From positions 1 to 64,000 of the IMG/VR virus record IMGVR_UViG_3300040751_002080: DNA of 64,000 bases. The stretch is one strand, 5' to 3'. Each line of letters starts with the position of its first letter. The first letter of the stretch is position 1. A program made the position numbers and the translations under genes. The notes beneath the pieces were generated by a model, which saw nothing but the letters and a program-made list of their open reading frames with translations, was not told where the DNA came from and did no database searches. Source of the stretch: a virus (taxonomy: Duplodnaviria; Caudoviricetes). Of the stretch, positions 1 through 9,933 are shown one piece after another.

Positions 1-2
1 GT

Positions 3-806
3 ACTCAAGCAGGCATTCTAGCAAACAATCCGCTAGGATACGCACTACACAACACATACATTGCTCCAGTTATTAGCAAACCATCACTTGCTACTATTAG
101 AAGCATATTCCAAGATGGCAACACACCAGCACAAGACGATCCAAGTCTAGCAGGTGTATCAGGATATGTTGTAAGTAACGGAAGTACGCAGGACCCTGAA
201 TACAACAATGGACCGCTTATTAGCAATGGAGAAGTTGCATATAAAACAATCAACATTGGTGCATTAGATGATGATCATGCTGTTGGTGCAAAAGAACGCA
301 AAGTTGGATATAGCGACAGAGGCAATGGTATAGACTTGTATGCACCTGCAGATGGAATATTATCAGCAAATAAAAGCTATACTCCAGAAGGCGACTATCC
401 TGCTGTATATTCTGGATTTACTGCCAACAGCGGTAGTGGTTCAGGAGTACCCGAGGATACAGGATTTAGTGGTACAAGTGCAGCATGTCCATGTGCAGCT
501 GGATTTATTTCTACATTGGTACAGTTTAATAGAAACTGGACATATGCAGATATTAAAACATATATTTCAAACATGCCAGGACAAACAACTGGCAACTTTT
601 ATTATGGAACCGAATCAACAACTGCAACCGAGGCTAACTGGACTGACTATCCTAGTATAGAAACTGATGAAGCACCAAAGGTTATATACCAAGATGCAAC
701 ACAGTTTACTCAAACAGTATTTCCAAAGCGTAAAAGTACTATGAAGTCAGGCTTGCGTACTAGCGGTGTACAAATAAACTATATACAAAAATGGGATAGA
801 GGTTGA
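3..806 (+). CDS. Subtilisin-like S8 serine protease, C-terminal part (5' end outside window)
   Basis: The frame is open from position 3. It reads INIGALDD..YSDRGNGIDLYAPADGILSA and FSGTSAACPCAAG (subtilase catalytic-Ser motif GTSxAxPxxAG). The track start at 336 is an internal TTG. Confidence 0.85.
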   Translation, partial: TQAGILANNPLGYALHNTYIAPVISKPSLATIRSIFQDGNTPAQDDPSLAGVSGYVVSNGSTQDPEYNNGPLISNGEVAYKTINIGALDDDHAVGAKERKVGYSDRGNGIDLYAPADGILSANKSYTPEGDYPAVYSGFTANSGSGSGVPEDTGFSGTSAACPCAAGFISTLVQFNRNWTYADIKTYISNMPGQTTGNFYYGTESTTATEANWTDYPSIETDEAPKVIYQDATQFTQTVFPKRKSTMKSGLRTSGVQINYIQKWDRG

Positions 807-831
807 CACTTCTTCCATAACATTATATAAT
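803..831 (+). promoter_or_regulatory. Perfect sigma70-type promoter, probably leaderless
   Basis: TTGACA(803-808)-N17-TATAAT(826-831). The ATG at 838 lies 6 nt after the -10, with no SD. Confidence 0.85.
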
Positions 832-837
832 GATATT

Positions 838-1725
838 ATGTTTGAATATACAAAAAATAATCATGTAGATTGTGGATTTACATGCGACAACGACTTTTAT
901 TTTAATCACGGAACTGTAAGTTCATATGGATCGTGGAGAGATGAATGCAAATCTACAGCACAGCAACTTTATGATTTACATGGTAACAAACTTGTTTTAT
1001 TATTAAGTGGTGGACTTGATAGCGAAGTAATGCTGCATAGTTTTATTGCATGTGGTATAACTCCTAGAGTATCTATATTTAGATATGAGCGTAACCTTAA
1101 CTTACACGATATAAACTATGCATTAAGAATGTGTGCAGCTAGAGGCATTTCCCCTGATATTATTGACATCAACGTTGAAAACTTTTATAAAACACAGTTA
1201 ATAGATTTTGCACAAGTTACACGTTGTAGTAGTCCTCAACTAAACTTGTATTATTATTTTGCTAACCGTTTGGATGGTATACCTGTATTTGGCGCTGGTG
1301 AAAACTATTTGATACGACAAATAGGAGAAAAACGTGTATACGATTGCGAAGAAGCAAGAGTTGCTACACTGTATACATATTTCCGTGATATACAAAGAGA
1401 ATGTATTCCTAGTTTTTTTCAATATACACCAGAAACTATGATAAGTTACTTACAAAAAGAAAGTGTATATCGTTGGGTAGAAACAGCTTTCAAAGATCGA
1501 TATATAAACAGTAAAAAGATTAAACCAAGTATTATTGCTGAAGATTTTGATATTGAACCTAGAGGCAAACTTACTGGCTTTGAACTAATGATGGATTTAG
1601 ATAAAGAATACAGAGACAAGTTATTAGCATTAAACTTAGGTGACAGCGGCGAACAACTAATACCGTTTGAAGAATATATTCCAATGTTTGGTGTAGAGCT
1701 ATTGAGACCAATAAAATATGAATAA
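838..1725 (+). CDS. PP-loop ATPase (adenine nucleotide alpha-hydrolase superfamily)
   Basis: LLLSGGLDSEVM PP-loop. Lacks the C-terminal QueC Zn-Cys motif. Confidence 0.7.
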   Translation: MFEYTKNNHVDCGFTCDNDFYFNHGTVSSYGSWRDECKSTAQQLYDLHGNKLVLLLSGGLDSEVMLHSFIACGITPRVSIFRYERNLNLHDINYALRMCAARGISPDIIDINVENFYKTQLIDFAQVTRCSSPQLNLYYYFANRLDGIPVFGAGENYLIRQIGEKRVYDCEEARVATLYTYFRDIQRECIPSFFQYTPETMISYLQKESVYRWVETAFKDRYINSKKIKPSIIAEDFDIEPRGKLTGFELMMDLDKEYRDKLLALNLGDSGEQLIPFEEYIPMFGVELLRPIKYE

Positions 1726-2257
1726 ACATGATCTAATCAAGTATTTAAATGAACACGAAATAAGTTTAGGGTTAACTAGTAATACCAGCGAACTACGCTT
1801 TATCAATAATACATTCGGGCATGGTAAGTTTGCTACTGAGAATATCAAAGAAGGTGATATCATTTATCGTGTTGGTGGTATGTGGTTAACTGAAAAAGAA
1901 AAAACTATATACAAAGAAGATTATTTTCATTTAGTTGATAACGCATGGCATTTTCAAGGTGGACTAAAATACTGGCTTAATGGATGTCATAATCATAGTT
2001 GCAACCCTACAGCATATTTACAAGAAAACTTAATCATTGCATTGCGTGATATTAAACAAGATGAACAAATAACTGTAGATTATGCCGGGTTTATTGATCA
2101 CGATTATACTATTATTGATAAATGCTGCTGCGGCGCAGAACAATGTCGGAAACATATAACTGGCAAGGATTGGTTAATACACCAACTACCAGAAATATAC
2201 AACTATCGTGTTAGTGGTACTATTTTGACAAAGTGGCTACAAGATCAAAAAATCTAG
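1718..2257 (+). CDS. SET-domain lysine methyltransferase with post-SET Cys motif
   Basis: GHGKFATENIKEGD, NHSCNP, ALRDIKQDEQITVDY, CCCGAEQCR. Confidence 0.9.
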   Translation: MNKHDLIKYLNEHEISLGLTSNTSELRFINNTFGHGKFATENIKEGDIIYRVGGMWLTEKEKTIYKEDYFHLVDNAWHFQGGLKYWLNGCHNHSCNPTAYLQENLIIALRDIKQDEQITVDYAGFIDHDYTIIDKCCCGAEQCRKHITGKDWLIHQLPEIYNYRVSGTILTKWLQDQKI

Positions 2258-3275
2258 TATAATCATTATGATCAGCAATAAACATAGGCAAAAATAATAG
2301 TGTGTTATTTGCTTGACGTATAAGATATCCTTGTTTTTGTAGTTCTCTACGTATGTATATTCCGTTTTCAACGTGAATACCAAACACTAATCCTTTGTTT
2401 GTATAATCTAAATTATGCTCATTTAACTGTTTACAAAATGCATTTTGCAAATCTACCAATTGATGTTTTATTTTTTCAACTTGTTTTATAGTTTGTAATA
2501 GTGCATGACTGCCTTGCGGATGACCGCTCATTGTATATCCGTGTGCAAATACTCTATCTGTATTTTTTATATATTCGCCTATATCTTTATTAACCAATGT
2601 TGCACTTAGCGGAAAAACTCCATTGGTTAATCCTTTACTAGCAATAAGAATATCTGGTTTGTAATCAAAACTATAGTCGCCTCTGCCAAGTGCAGTAACA
2701 GTTTCATCAAATATGATGCAGAATTTATACTGCTGTTTCAAGTTAAATAGTTGCTGTAATGTTTCCTTATCAAACTCTATAACACCATTTGTAATCATTA
2801 TAGGCTCTATAATAACTGCTGCTGTATTGCTGGTTACAGCGTCTAACAGCGCCTTGTAGCTGTTGTATACACTTGCTTGAGTGTTTGTACCATGATAACC
2901 TACACTGTATGCTAAAACGTCTTGTTTGCCTGTATAATATTTTGCAATGTATATAGACGTATCTATAGCATCACTTCCACTATGGCCAAAAAATACTCTA
3001 TCATACCCAAACCATTTACATATCTGTTCAGCAGCTAGTTCTGTTGTTTCAGTACTGCTCCAAAAATGCGTTGGGTAATAATGAAGATCGGTTGTAGGAG
3101 TATACATTGGATTATTGTATCCAAAGTTTACATTCCATAATCCACTATTACAATCAATATATGTCTTACCATCAGCGTTTGTTACAGTATCATTTTTTCC
3201 TGAAACAAAAACTTCTGGATTTGTAAATCTACTATGATTCGAATAAGAAAATATTTGTTTAGACATTGAACTCAT
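2220..3275 (-). CDS. Class III PLP aminotransferase (compact)
   Basis: DGKTYIDCNSGLWNVNFGY, SGSDAID, YHG, IIEPI, IFDETVTALGR, PDILIASKGLTNG (PLP Lys), HGYTMSGHP. Confidence 0.88.
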   Translation of the reverse strand: MSSMSKQIFSYSNHSRFTNPEVFVSGKNDTVTNADGKTYIDCNSGLWNVNFGYNNPMYTPTTDLHYYPTHFWSSTETTELAAEQICKWFGYDRVFFGHSGSDAIDTSIYIAKYYTGKQDVLAYSVGYHGTNTQASVYNSYKALLDAVTSNTAAVIIEPIMITNGVIEFDKETLQQLFNLKQQYKFCIIFDETVTALGRGDYSFDYKPDILIASKGLTNGVFPLSATLVNKDIGEYIKNTDRVFAHGYTMSGHPQGSHALLQTIKQVEKIKHQLVDLQNAFCKQLNEHNLDYTNKGLVFGIHVENGIYIRRELQKQGYLIRQANNTLLFLPMFIADHNDYTRFFDLVATLSK

Positions 3276-3882
3276 CTACTGTATATTCGACACAATCTGC
3301 TATTAAAAAGACACTTTCGTCTTGTTCAGTAATAATACTATGTGTAAATTTTGGATCAAAAAGAAAAGCATCGCCTTCTTTTAAACTTAAATCATTTCCG
3401 TTATAACGCCAATCTGTATGTGTAGTTTCTTTACTTATACACTGAACATAACGAATTGGACTATCTTTATCTACGTGCATTGGCAACTTATGAGGTCCTT
3501 TATGAATACTATACCACAAATACTTAAAATTGTATTTTGTACAAGTATTAACATATTTTTTATTATTTGCAATATCAAGATCAAAGCTATGTATTGTTAC
3601 ATTATTGTATAAGTCATCGTATATAATATTTCCAGTTTTATCCATATATATAGTTGTACTACCAACAGGCTGCTGCATACACCAGTTTTCCATTTTCCAT
3701 TCATTGCTAGATGTTGTCTGTGTTTCGATTACACTGTTGATTGGATTATATAAATTTATAATAATCCAATCGTTGATTACATGTTCAAGATCAGAATATA
3801 AGTTTTGATTTATTTGTTTTTTATATAACTTTTTAAAATACATAGTATCGAATAAAGGATCTACAAACTTTATGGTATTCAT
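3259..3882 (-). CDS. 2OG-Fe(II)/cupin oxygenase-like protein
   Basis: LPMHVD (HxD) ... FDPKFTHSI (distal His). Confidence 0.6.
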   Translation of the reverse strand: MNTIKFVDPLFDTMYFKKLYKKQINQNLYSDLEHVINDWIIINLYNPINSVIETQTTSSNEWKMENWCMQQPVGSTTIYMDKTGNIIYDDLYNNVTIHSFDLDIANNKKYVNTCTKYNFKYLWYSIHKGPHKLPMHVDKDSPIRYVQCISKETTHTDWRYNGNDLSLKEGDAFLFDPKFTHSIITEQDESVFLIADCVEYTVDEFNV

Positions 3883-5645
3883 GTGTTGATGCTTTCTTTT
3901 TTACTCTTATACTTTTCTTCAATCGGATACATCCAGCTACTATTATAAGTTATATTTCCTGTAAGATCATTATTTTTCAATAACCCAAGATGATATTTTC
4001 CTATCCATTCAATATTTGATTTGTATACATAATCGGGCACAACTCCAGAACACAATGTTTTTGTAGCTTCATGATGATTTAATCCAAAGCTACGAAGCCT
4101 TGGGTATGCCCAAAAACTTACATTGTAGTCAGCATGTCTTTCAAATTGTGTGCGGGGATGATTTGACATCATGTCTTCCCATAGTAATGCAATCTCCTTA
4201 GCTTTAGGCAAATCCATAGTACCATGCCTCCAATAATATTCAGGGTTCCATTTTACTTCTTGTATATCAAACTTGCTAGGTTTTTCACTAAATGCATTAC
4301 TAGTCCGATTACCAGCATCTGATACAAAAAGTATCTCGTATTGTGCTTTGTCAATTATTTGTTGCTCAATCAGCCAGTTAGCAGTTTTCATTAAACTTTC
4401 TTCAGTTTCGCCAGGAAGCCCAATAATAAAGCTAGTAAGAATAAAAATTTCGTCGCCTGCTTTTTCACGCATCCATTCTAATATACCCTTGATTTTTTCG
4501 GGGTCTAATCCTTTCCCTGCTACTTTGCCGGCTGTACTATCTAATGTTTCAACTCCAAGAAACATACCTCTGCATCCCATGTCCAACATTTTATCTAGCA
4601 TCTGTGGAAACTTATGAAACATATCGGGCCTTGCATAAGACACCCATTCAATCTTAAACGGAAGACTACTTATAACATCATGCATCATATCAATTTTTGC
4701 CATACTGTCATTTACTGTATCATCAGTAAGTTGATATCCAGTTGTTCCAAAATGTTCGTAGTTATAAAGTAGTTCTTGTCTTAAACATTCGGGACTTTTT
4801 ATAACAGTCCCACTATGATCATAAAAACAAAACTTGCATCCAAATCTACAACCTTTTGATATTTCTAAAGGCAGCCATTCACCCGGTTGTACACTATCAT
4901 GAGGTGACCATTTTGTTTGTGTAACTATTGCACCTTTACCAGCTAATGCCGGTTCGTTGATAAATGTCACTCCGTCCTTTATTTTTACTTGTGCTGGATC
5001 TAATGTTCCATTCAGAAAGTCAACCATTGTTCTTTCGCTATACCCATGGAAAGCATAATCAATGTACTCTTGTAGTGCTTTAGGCAAAGACTTGCCTACC
5101 TTTCCATTTACAAAATGTTGTTTGTAAATCGTATCTACTAATGCGCCGCCAATTACTATTTTAGCATTAGGTGCTCGTCGTTTTAGTTCTGCAAACCAGT
5201 CGCAACATTCTTTATGGCTAAAGTGCCACAAGTTAAACTGACCTTGTGTAGGATTAAACGGATTGTTTAAAAATGTCAAACTTAATGCAACATACTCAGT
5301 ATCAGGAGTTACTATTTGTTCAAAAAAATCAAAAAAGTTATCTAGTTTAGTAAAATAATCAAACACTATTGCTTCGTATTCTGTATGTTCTCTAATATTA
5401 CTAGCTACACAATACGGACCCATATACCTAGACCAAAAGTTGTATTTGCTACTACCTAAATACTTTCCTCCTGTATAGTTAGTATTTTTAACTGTTATTT
5501 CCAATCCGCTTTCTTTTTTAATATCAGTAAATGCAGATTGATACATATCCTCTCGTTCAATTTCATTAAGGAAATGTGATCTAAACTTTGTGCCGCCAGT
5601 GCCCCTTACGTCATAGATATCGCTTAAAATTATTATTCTACTCAT
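3879..5645 (-). CDS. Cobalamin-binding-domain radical SAM protein (class B-like)
   Basis: N-terminal Rossmann domain (GPYCVAS..IVIGG), SKGCRFGCKFC, DDT, GVET, FIIGLPGET. Confidence 0.85.
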   Translation of the reverse strand: MSRIIILSDIYDVRGTGGTKFRSHFLNEIEREDMYQSAFTDIKKESGLEITVKNTNYTGGKYLGSSKYNFWSRYMGPYCVASNIREHTEYEAIVFDYFTKLDNFFDFFEQIVTPDTEYVALSLTFLNNPFNPTQGQFNLWHFSHKECCDWFAELKRRAPNAKIVIGGALVDTIYKQHFVNGKVGKSLPKALQEYIDYAFHGYSERTMVDFLNGTLDPAQVKIKDGVTFINEPALAGKGAIVTQTKWSPHDSVQPGEWLPLEISKGCRFGCKFCFYDHSGTVIKSPECLRQELLYNYEHFGTTGYQLTDDTVNDSMAKIDMMHDVISSLPFKIEWVSYARPDMFHKFPQMLDKMLDMGCRGMFLGVETLDSTAGKVAGKGLDPEKIKGILEWMREKAGDEIFILTSFIIGLPGETEESLMKTANWLIEQQIIDKAQYEILFVSDAGNRTSNAFSEKPSKFDIQEVKWNPEYYWRHGTMDLPKAKEIALLWEDMMSNHPRTQFERHADYNVSFWAYPRLRSFGLNHHEATKTLCSGVVPDYVYKSNIEWIGKYHLGLLKNNDLTGNITYNSSWMYPIEEKYKSKKESINT

Positions 5646-7165
5646 AATAAGTTGTTTTTCCTTAAATATTCGTTTGCTAGTTTTTTATAGTTAGAGGCGT
5701 GTTGTTCAATCCATAATGTATTAGTTTTATCTGCACTAATAATCTCACTGTGTATAAACCTTAAGTTGCTGGCACGGCTGTATCCTAAATAAGATGTCAT
5801 AATGCGTTTTTGCCATGCGGACCCTTGTTGTGCTTGTTCAATAATATTTATCAAGTCTGACTTTGTCATATCGCCGTTTTGCCAATCTTCAACATATATA
5901 CCATTAGCGTTTTTTTCAAGTGTGACTGTATATCCATATTTTTCAGGATTGCGTTGTATTCTACTATAATCAATAGTGTATTCTTTGTTAGGATCATATC
6001 CACCGATATACAAAGGAGTTATCTCCCAAGCATCAAGCCATGGCTGTGTGCTAATCCAATCCACTAGTTCAATACAGCTAGACTTTGTTTCACCAGGCAA
6101 TCCTAGTATAAATCCACTGCCTTGTACTATACTATCTCCCCATGCGCTTTTACATTTCTCTAACGCACTTTCAATAATATGGCGCTTGGTTACTTTACCT
6201 ATGAGAGGTCCTACATGATCGGTAACTGTTTCTATTCCCCATTGTATACTGCGACAGCCACTTTCTTGTATCATACTAATCATTTCAGGTTTTTGGTATA
6301 ACAAATCAAGTCTGCCAAAACCACTCCATGTAATATCAAAGGGTAGGTTAGTGAATACATTATGTATCATGCTCATCTTTCGCATGTTTTCATTGAGCTG
6401 ATAATCTGTAATCATGTAGTGCTGTGTACCAAAACGTTCATAATTTTCTATTAGTACATCTCGCAAATGTGTTTCGTCTAATGTCCAACTGTTTACTGCT
6501 TTTTTAGGATAGTCACAAAATGCACAGTTAAAAGGACAACCTCTACTAATTTCCAATGGTAATGCCTCGTGTGGAAATATATAGTCGTCGTCGGCCCAAT
6601 GTATTTTACTATACTTGAATTCTTGCTCTGTTATACTGCCATAATCAAGTTCGGACTTTACGAAGTTAGTATCAGGAAACTGTTTCATAAGTCCTAGCAC
6701 ACTTTTGTCTGCCATGCCGCCGACCCATAAGTCTACCATTGGATATTTTTTTTGCAATGCACGTTTTTGTGCAACCTTTTGTCCGCCGACAACTATCTTT
6801 ATATTAGGATATTCAGTTTTTGCATTATCAAACCATTTGGCAACTTCTTCTGGAGCAAACGGAAAGTATACATTCCACATATTACTTTTACGTGTTCTGC
6901 TATCTGCACTCCAGTGTGTTTCCCAATCATCAGGTAGTAGTGTACTAAAATGTGTACTGCTAAATCCTAAAAACTTTGTTTGATTGCTTACATATAGATC
7001 TACTGCACGTTGAAAACGTTCTGCTGTGAAGTGACTAAAGAAATCTATAACTTTAACTTTATACCCTGATTCTCGTAGTCTACTGGCAACTGTATAGGCA
7101 CCTGCATCTCTGCCCCATCCTATACTACCGTTACATTCTGTAAATAGTACTACATCATAAATCAT
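5642..7165 (-). CDS. Cobalamin-binding-domain radical SAM protein (class B-like)
   Basis: GAYTVASRLRESGYKVKVIDF, IVVGG, SRGCPFNCAFC, GIET, FILGLPGET. Confidence 0.88.
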   Translation of the reverse strand: MIYDVVLFTECNGSIGWGRDAGAYTVASRLRESGYKVKVIDFFSHFTAERFQRAVDLYVSNQTKFLGFSSTHFSTLLPDDWETHWSADSRTRKSNMWNVYFPFAPEEVAKWFDNAKTEYPNIKIVVGGQKVAQKRALQKKYPMVDLWVGGMADKSVLGLMKQFPDTNFVKSELDYGSITEQEFKYSKIHWADDDYIFPHEALPLEISRGCPFNCAFCDYPKKAVNSWTLDETHLRDVLIENYERFGTQHYMITDYQLNENMRKMSMIHNVFTNLPFDITWSGFGRLDLLYQKPEMISMIQESGCRSIQWGIETVTDHVGPLIGKVTKRHIIESALEKCKSAWGDSIVQGSGFILGLPGETKSSCIELVDWISTQPWLDAWEITPLYIGGYDPNKEYTIDYSRIQRNPEKYGYTVTLEKNANGIYVEDWQNGDMTKSDLINIIEQAQQGSAWQKRIMTSYLGYSRASNLRFIHSEIISADKTNTLWIEQHASNYKKLANEYLRKNNLL

Positions 7166-7605
7166 ATTTCTTTAATCACATAACAGTTTTGTTCGCTAGT
7201 TTCAGTTTCAAAAAACTTGCTTACTTGTTCAAAGCCGGCATTTAAATAAGTTTTTAATGCAACTTTTCGTGGCAGGCTCCAACAATACTTTTTGTTTTCA
7301 TTTTTAGCTAGAGTTATAGTATGTTCTAACAAATATCTACCAATATTGTTGTGTCGATATTCGGGCATTACATACAATCCTCTGCTTCTATAATGTACTT
7401 TACTTGTTGAATGGCCACTGTTTACTCCTACTATCTTATCATCGAGAATATAACCAAAAAATGTAGGCTTATAGTTTTTATAAATATTATCATATGATGT
7501 ATCTTTATAACGCATATTACTCATAGGCAGTATATTATTTCGTTCAGGCCATAAAAACTCCTGCCAAACTTGATACACTTCATTATATGACAGCTCTTTA
7601 ATCAA
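7162..7605 (-). CDS. GNAT family acetyltransferase
   Basis: RGLYVMPEYRHNNIGRYLL (acetyl-CoA motif A), YLNAGF. Confidence 0.82.
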   Translation of the reverse strand: MIKELSYNEVYQVWQEFLWPERNNILPMSNMRYKDTSYDNIYKNYKPTFFGYILDDKIVGVNSGHSTSKVHYRSRGLYVMPEYRHNNIGRYLLEHTITLAKNENKKYCWSLPRKVALKTYLNAGFEQVSKFFETETSEQNCYVIKEI

Positions 7606-8579
7606 TATTGATCTCCCACAACAATATGTTTGGGTACAAGATATTGATATATTTTAAAAAAACTTTGATTGAATGTATTGCCACTAGAAGCCATTCCGCT
7701 GTGTGGCATTTCAACTGGCACAGTTAATGGTTTATTTACAAAGATAGTTCCCCAACGTGCGTGTTCAACTACATAACGCTTGGTTGCTAAATCTTTGGTG
7801 TATAAATGCAATCCTAATCTATTAGGAAGTTGGTTTATTTGTTTTACAAGATCTTTGATATTTGTATATGTACTTACTGTTGCTGTTGGAGAAAAATGAT
7901 CTATATTTTTACACTCGCCATATTCAACACCGTCAATCGCCGTTACTGTGTCTAATAGAGACTCTGTAACAAAAATATGTTTAGGTGCTGTACAATCTGC
8001 TCCAAGATTATACTTAACACTCCATTCAAGATTTTCTAATATAAATGCCGAATTTCCATCGTTGACAACTGCTATACTTGCGCCGCCTACATCTGCATTT
8101 ACATCATGATGGTTTGATTTAAAATAATCTGCTGTTTTCTTACTGCCTGTTATATCAATAAAATCATAATCACGTAAATTTATATTGTTAACTATTTTTA
8201 CACTATTGTATTTGTTTTTCCAGTTATCTAGTATCCAAGGCAATGCACCTACATTATTATCATTTAGTTTAATATCAATAGTACATCCAGCTGCCAGTGC
8301 CGGTGCTATCTTCCATAATGCTATAACCAAAGGATAGTTCCACGGAACAACACCCAAACAATGTCCTTTTGATTCCCATCTCATACTACTAGTGCATGTC
8401 TTAAAGTATTCGTATTCAGGCACAGCTATTAGGTTTCGAGATGCGCCGGCATAATATCTGCAAATATCAACACTGATATTAACAAGTGCAGTTGGTTCGA
8501 GTTGTAGTATTTTTTGCTGATTATCTTCTATAAACTGTGCTAAGTCCAGAAGAATTGATTGCTTGTCTTGAGGTTTCAT
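7602..8579 (-). CDS. Aldehyde dehydrogenase family protein, shortened
   Basis: GVVPWNYPLVIALWKIAPALAAGCT, ITGS, GADCTA (catalytic Cys), EMPHSG..SSG. Only 325 aa. Confidence 0.85.
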   Translation of the reverse strand: MKPQDKQSILLDLAQFIEDNQQKILQLEPTALVNISVDICRYYAGASRNLIAVPEYEYFKTCTSSMRWESKGHCLGVVPWNYPLVIALWKIAPALAAGCTIDIKLNDNNVGALPWILDNWKNKYNSVKIVNNINLRDYDFIDITGSKKTADYFKSNHHDVNADVGGASIAVVNDGNSAFILENLEWSVKYNLGADCTAPKHIFVTESLLDTVTAIDGVEYGECKNIDHFSPTATVSTYTNIKDLVKQINQLPNRLGLHLYTKDLATKRYVVEHARWGTIFVNKPLTVPVEMPHSGMASSGNTFNQSFFKIYQYLVPKHIVVGDQY

Positions 8580-8585
8580 ATTATT

Positions 8586-8614
8586 ATTGTATTATAGAAA
8601 AACAGATTTGTCAA
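8586..8614 (-). promoter_or_regulatory. Sigma70-type promoter, probably leaderless
   Basis: Minus strand TTGACA-N17-TACAAT, followed by 6 nt and then the ATG at 8579. Confidence 0.7.
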
Positions 8615-9254
8615 GTATTTCAAATCGCAAACTTAATCCTATTTTATAATCACAATCCATACGACCTGTACAATGTAACTGATTGCTAGGAAATACAAGT
8701 ATGTTGCCTGGCTTGTAATCATATGCAGTACCAGTTAAACCGTAAAACTGTTCTTCATTGCGATAATCATATTTTAATATTTCGTACATATCGTCAGAAA
8801 TAGGACGATTGGTGCAGCCAACTACTGTTGGGTCTTTGTATGGAAAGTCACGTTTTTTATTAAGGTTAAAATCTTGTTCAGGTTTCCATATATCGCCTAA
8901 CCATGTTGCGCCGCTATAATCAGTACAATATTGATCAAATACAACAAACTTTTGTTCTGCATTATCACTTACATAAAGTGGGATTAAAACATTATAACTA
9001 TTTTTATTGTTTCCGCTATCTATATGTGTAAAGTAAGGAAAGTCGTGCTTATAAAAATTATCACCCAAATTTTTATCAACTGGAATATATTTTTTTAAAA
9101 TAGGTTCGAGTATATGTTGTATATGATTCCACGGCTGGCTGATTTTAGTCATGCCCATTGTATCATAGTGTAGATGAGTATTGTTATTAAAGAAATCAAG
9201 AAGGTTATCTAGCACTTGCCTAGATAACACAGATTTATACATTTTAACTGTCAT
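8592..9254 (-). CDS. 2OG-Fe(II) oxygenase-like protein
   Basis: THIDSG..LIPL..FDQ..LHCTG. Paralogous pattern to 10990 and 18241. Confidence 0.6.
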   Translation of the reverse strand: MTVKMYKSVLSRQVLDNLLDFFNNNTHLHYDTMGMTKISQPWNHIQHILEPILKKYIPVDKNLGDNFYKHDFPYFTHIDSGNNKNSYNVLIPLYVSDNAEQKFVVFDQYCTDYSGATWLGDIWKPEQDFNLNKKRDFPYKDPTVVGCTNRPISDDMYEILKYDYRNEEQFYGLTGTAYDYKPGNILVFPSNQLHCTGRMDCDYKIGLSLRFEILDKSVFL

Positions 9255-9257
9255 ATA

Positions 9258-9908
9258 TTATTTTATGAAGTTTACTTGGATCTCTTGCTTAGATTTGGTT
9301 GGAAAAACAAATTCAGGGTTGCTGTGATGCTCTCTACGTGGTCTTGTTTCGTCTTTGAAGCCGATACCCATTAAGAGTTTTATTGGATTTTTAGCACCAA
9401 CTATAGTTGCAACATCATCTGCGTCAAAACATGCACAGCATCCTGTTCCATAATCTAGCATACTAGAAATAAGATTTGCATATCCTGCTGCAATACCAAT
9501 TGCCATATGTGCATCTTTTTCTAAAGACTTTTTCTGAGCAGCAGTTAGTTTGCCATCGTCAAATGCCCACATTTCATCATTTCTGTGTACTGTGTCAGTG
9601 GTGTGTCTACTCAAATAGTCTTCAACTTCAAATGCTAATACTAGGTTTGCTAATACCTGACTGTTAGTTTCATTTTTGCCAGTTTCGTAGTTTAAAAATC
9701 CCGAAGTTGTATTATGGATACTTTCGATAATCTGTCTATTGGTAATTGCATGAACTTTATAAAAAGAAATATTTTGTTTACTAGGACAGTTTGTCACACT
9801 ATGTATTATTAAATCAATATCATCTTTTGGAATCTGCTTTTGTAAATCCCAGTTGCGTTGGCAATGCTGGCTTCTAATGATTGCTTTTTTTACTTCTGTA
9901 TGGTCCAT
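9258..9908 (-). CDS. Nitroreductase-family flavoprotein
   Basis: CQRNWD, PSKQN, IGIAAGY, GTGCCACFD, LLMGIGF. Confidence 0.78.
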   Translation of the reverse strand: MDHTEVKKAIIRSQHCQRNWDLQKQIPKDDIDLIIHSVTNCPSKQNISFYKVHAITNRQIIESIHNTTSGFLNYETGKNETNSQVLANLVLAFEVEDYLSRHTTDTVHRNDEMWAFDDGKLTAAQKKSLEKDAHMAIGIAAGYANLISSMLDYGTGCCACFDADDVATIVGAKNPIKLLMGIGFKDETRPRREHHSNPEFVFPTKSKQEIQVNFIK

Positions 9909-9926
9909 AAATAATTCTCCTCAATG

Positions 9927-9933
9927 TATTTAT
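9927..9933 (-). promoter_or_regulatory. Possible T4-like late promoter (ATAAATA)
   Basis: ATAAATA just upstream of a GAGGAG SD and the ATG at 9908. Confidence 0.4.
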
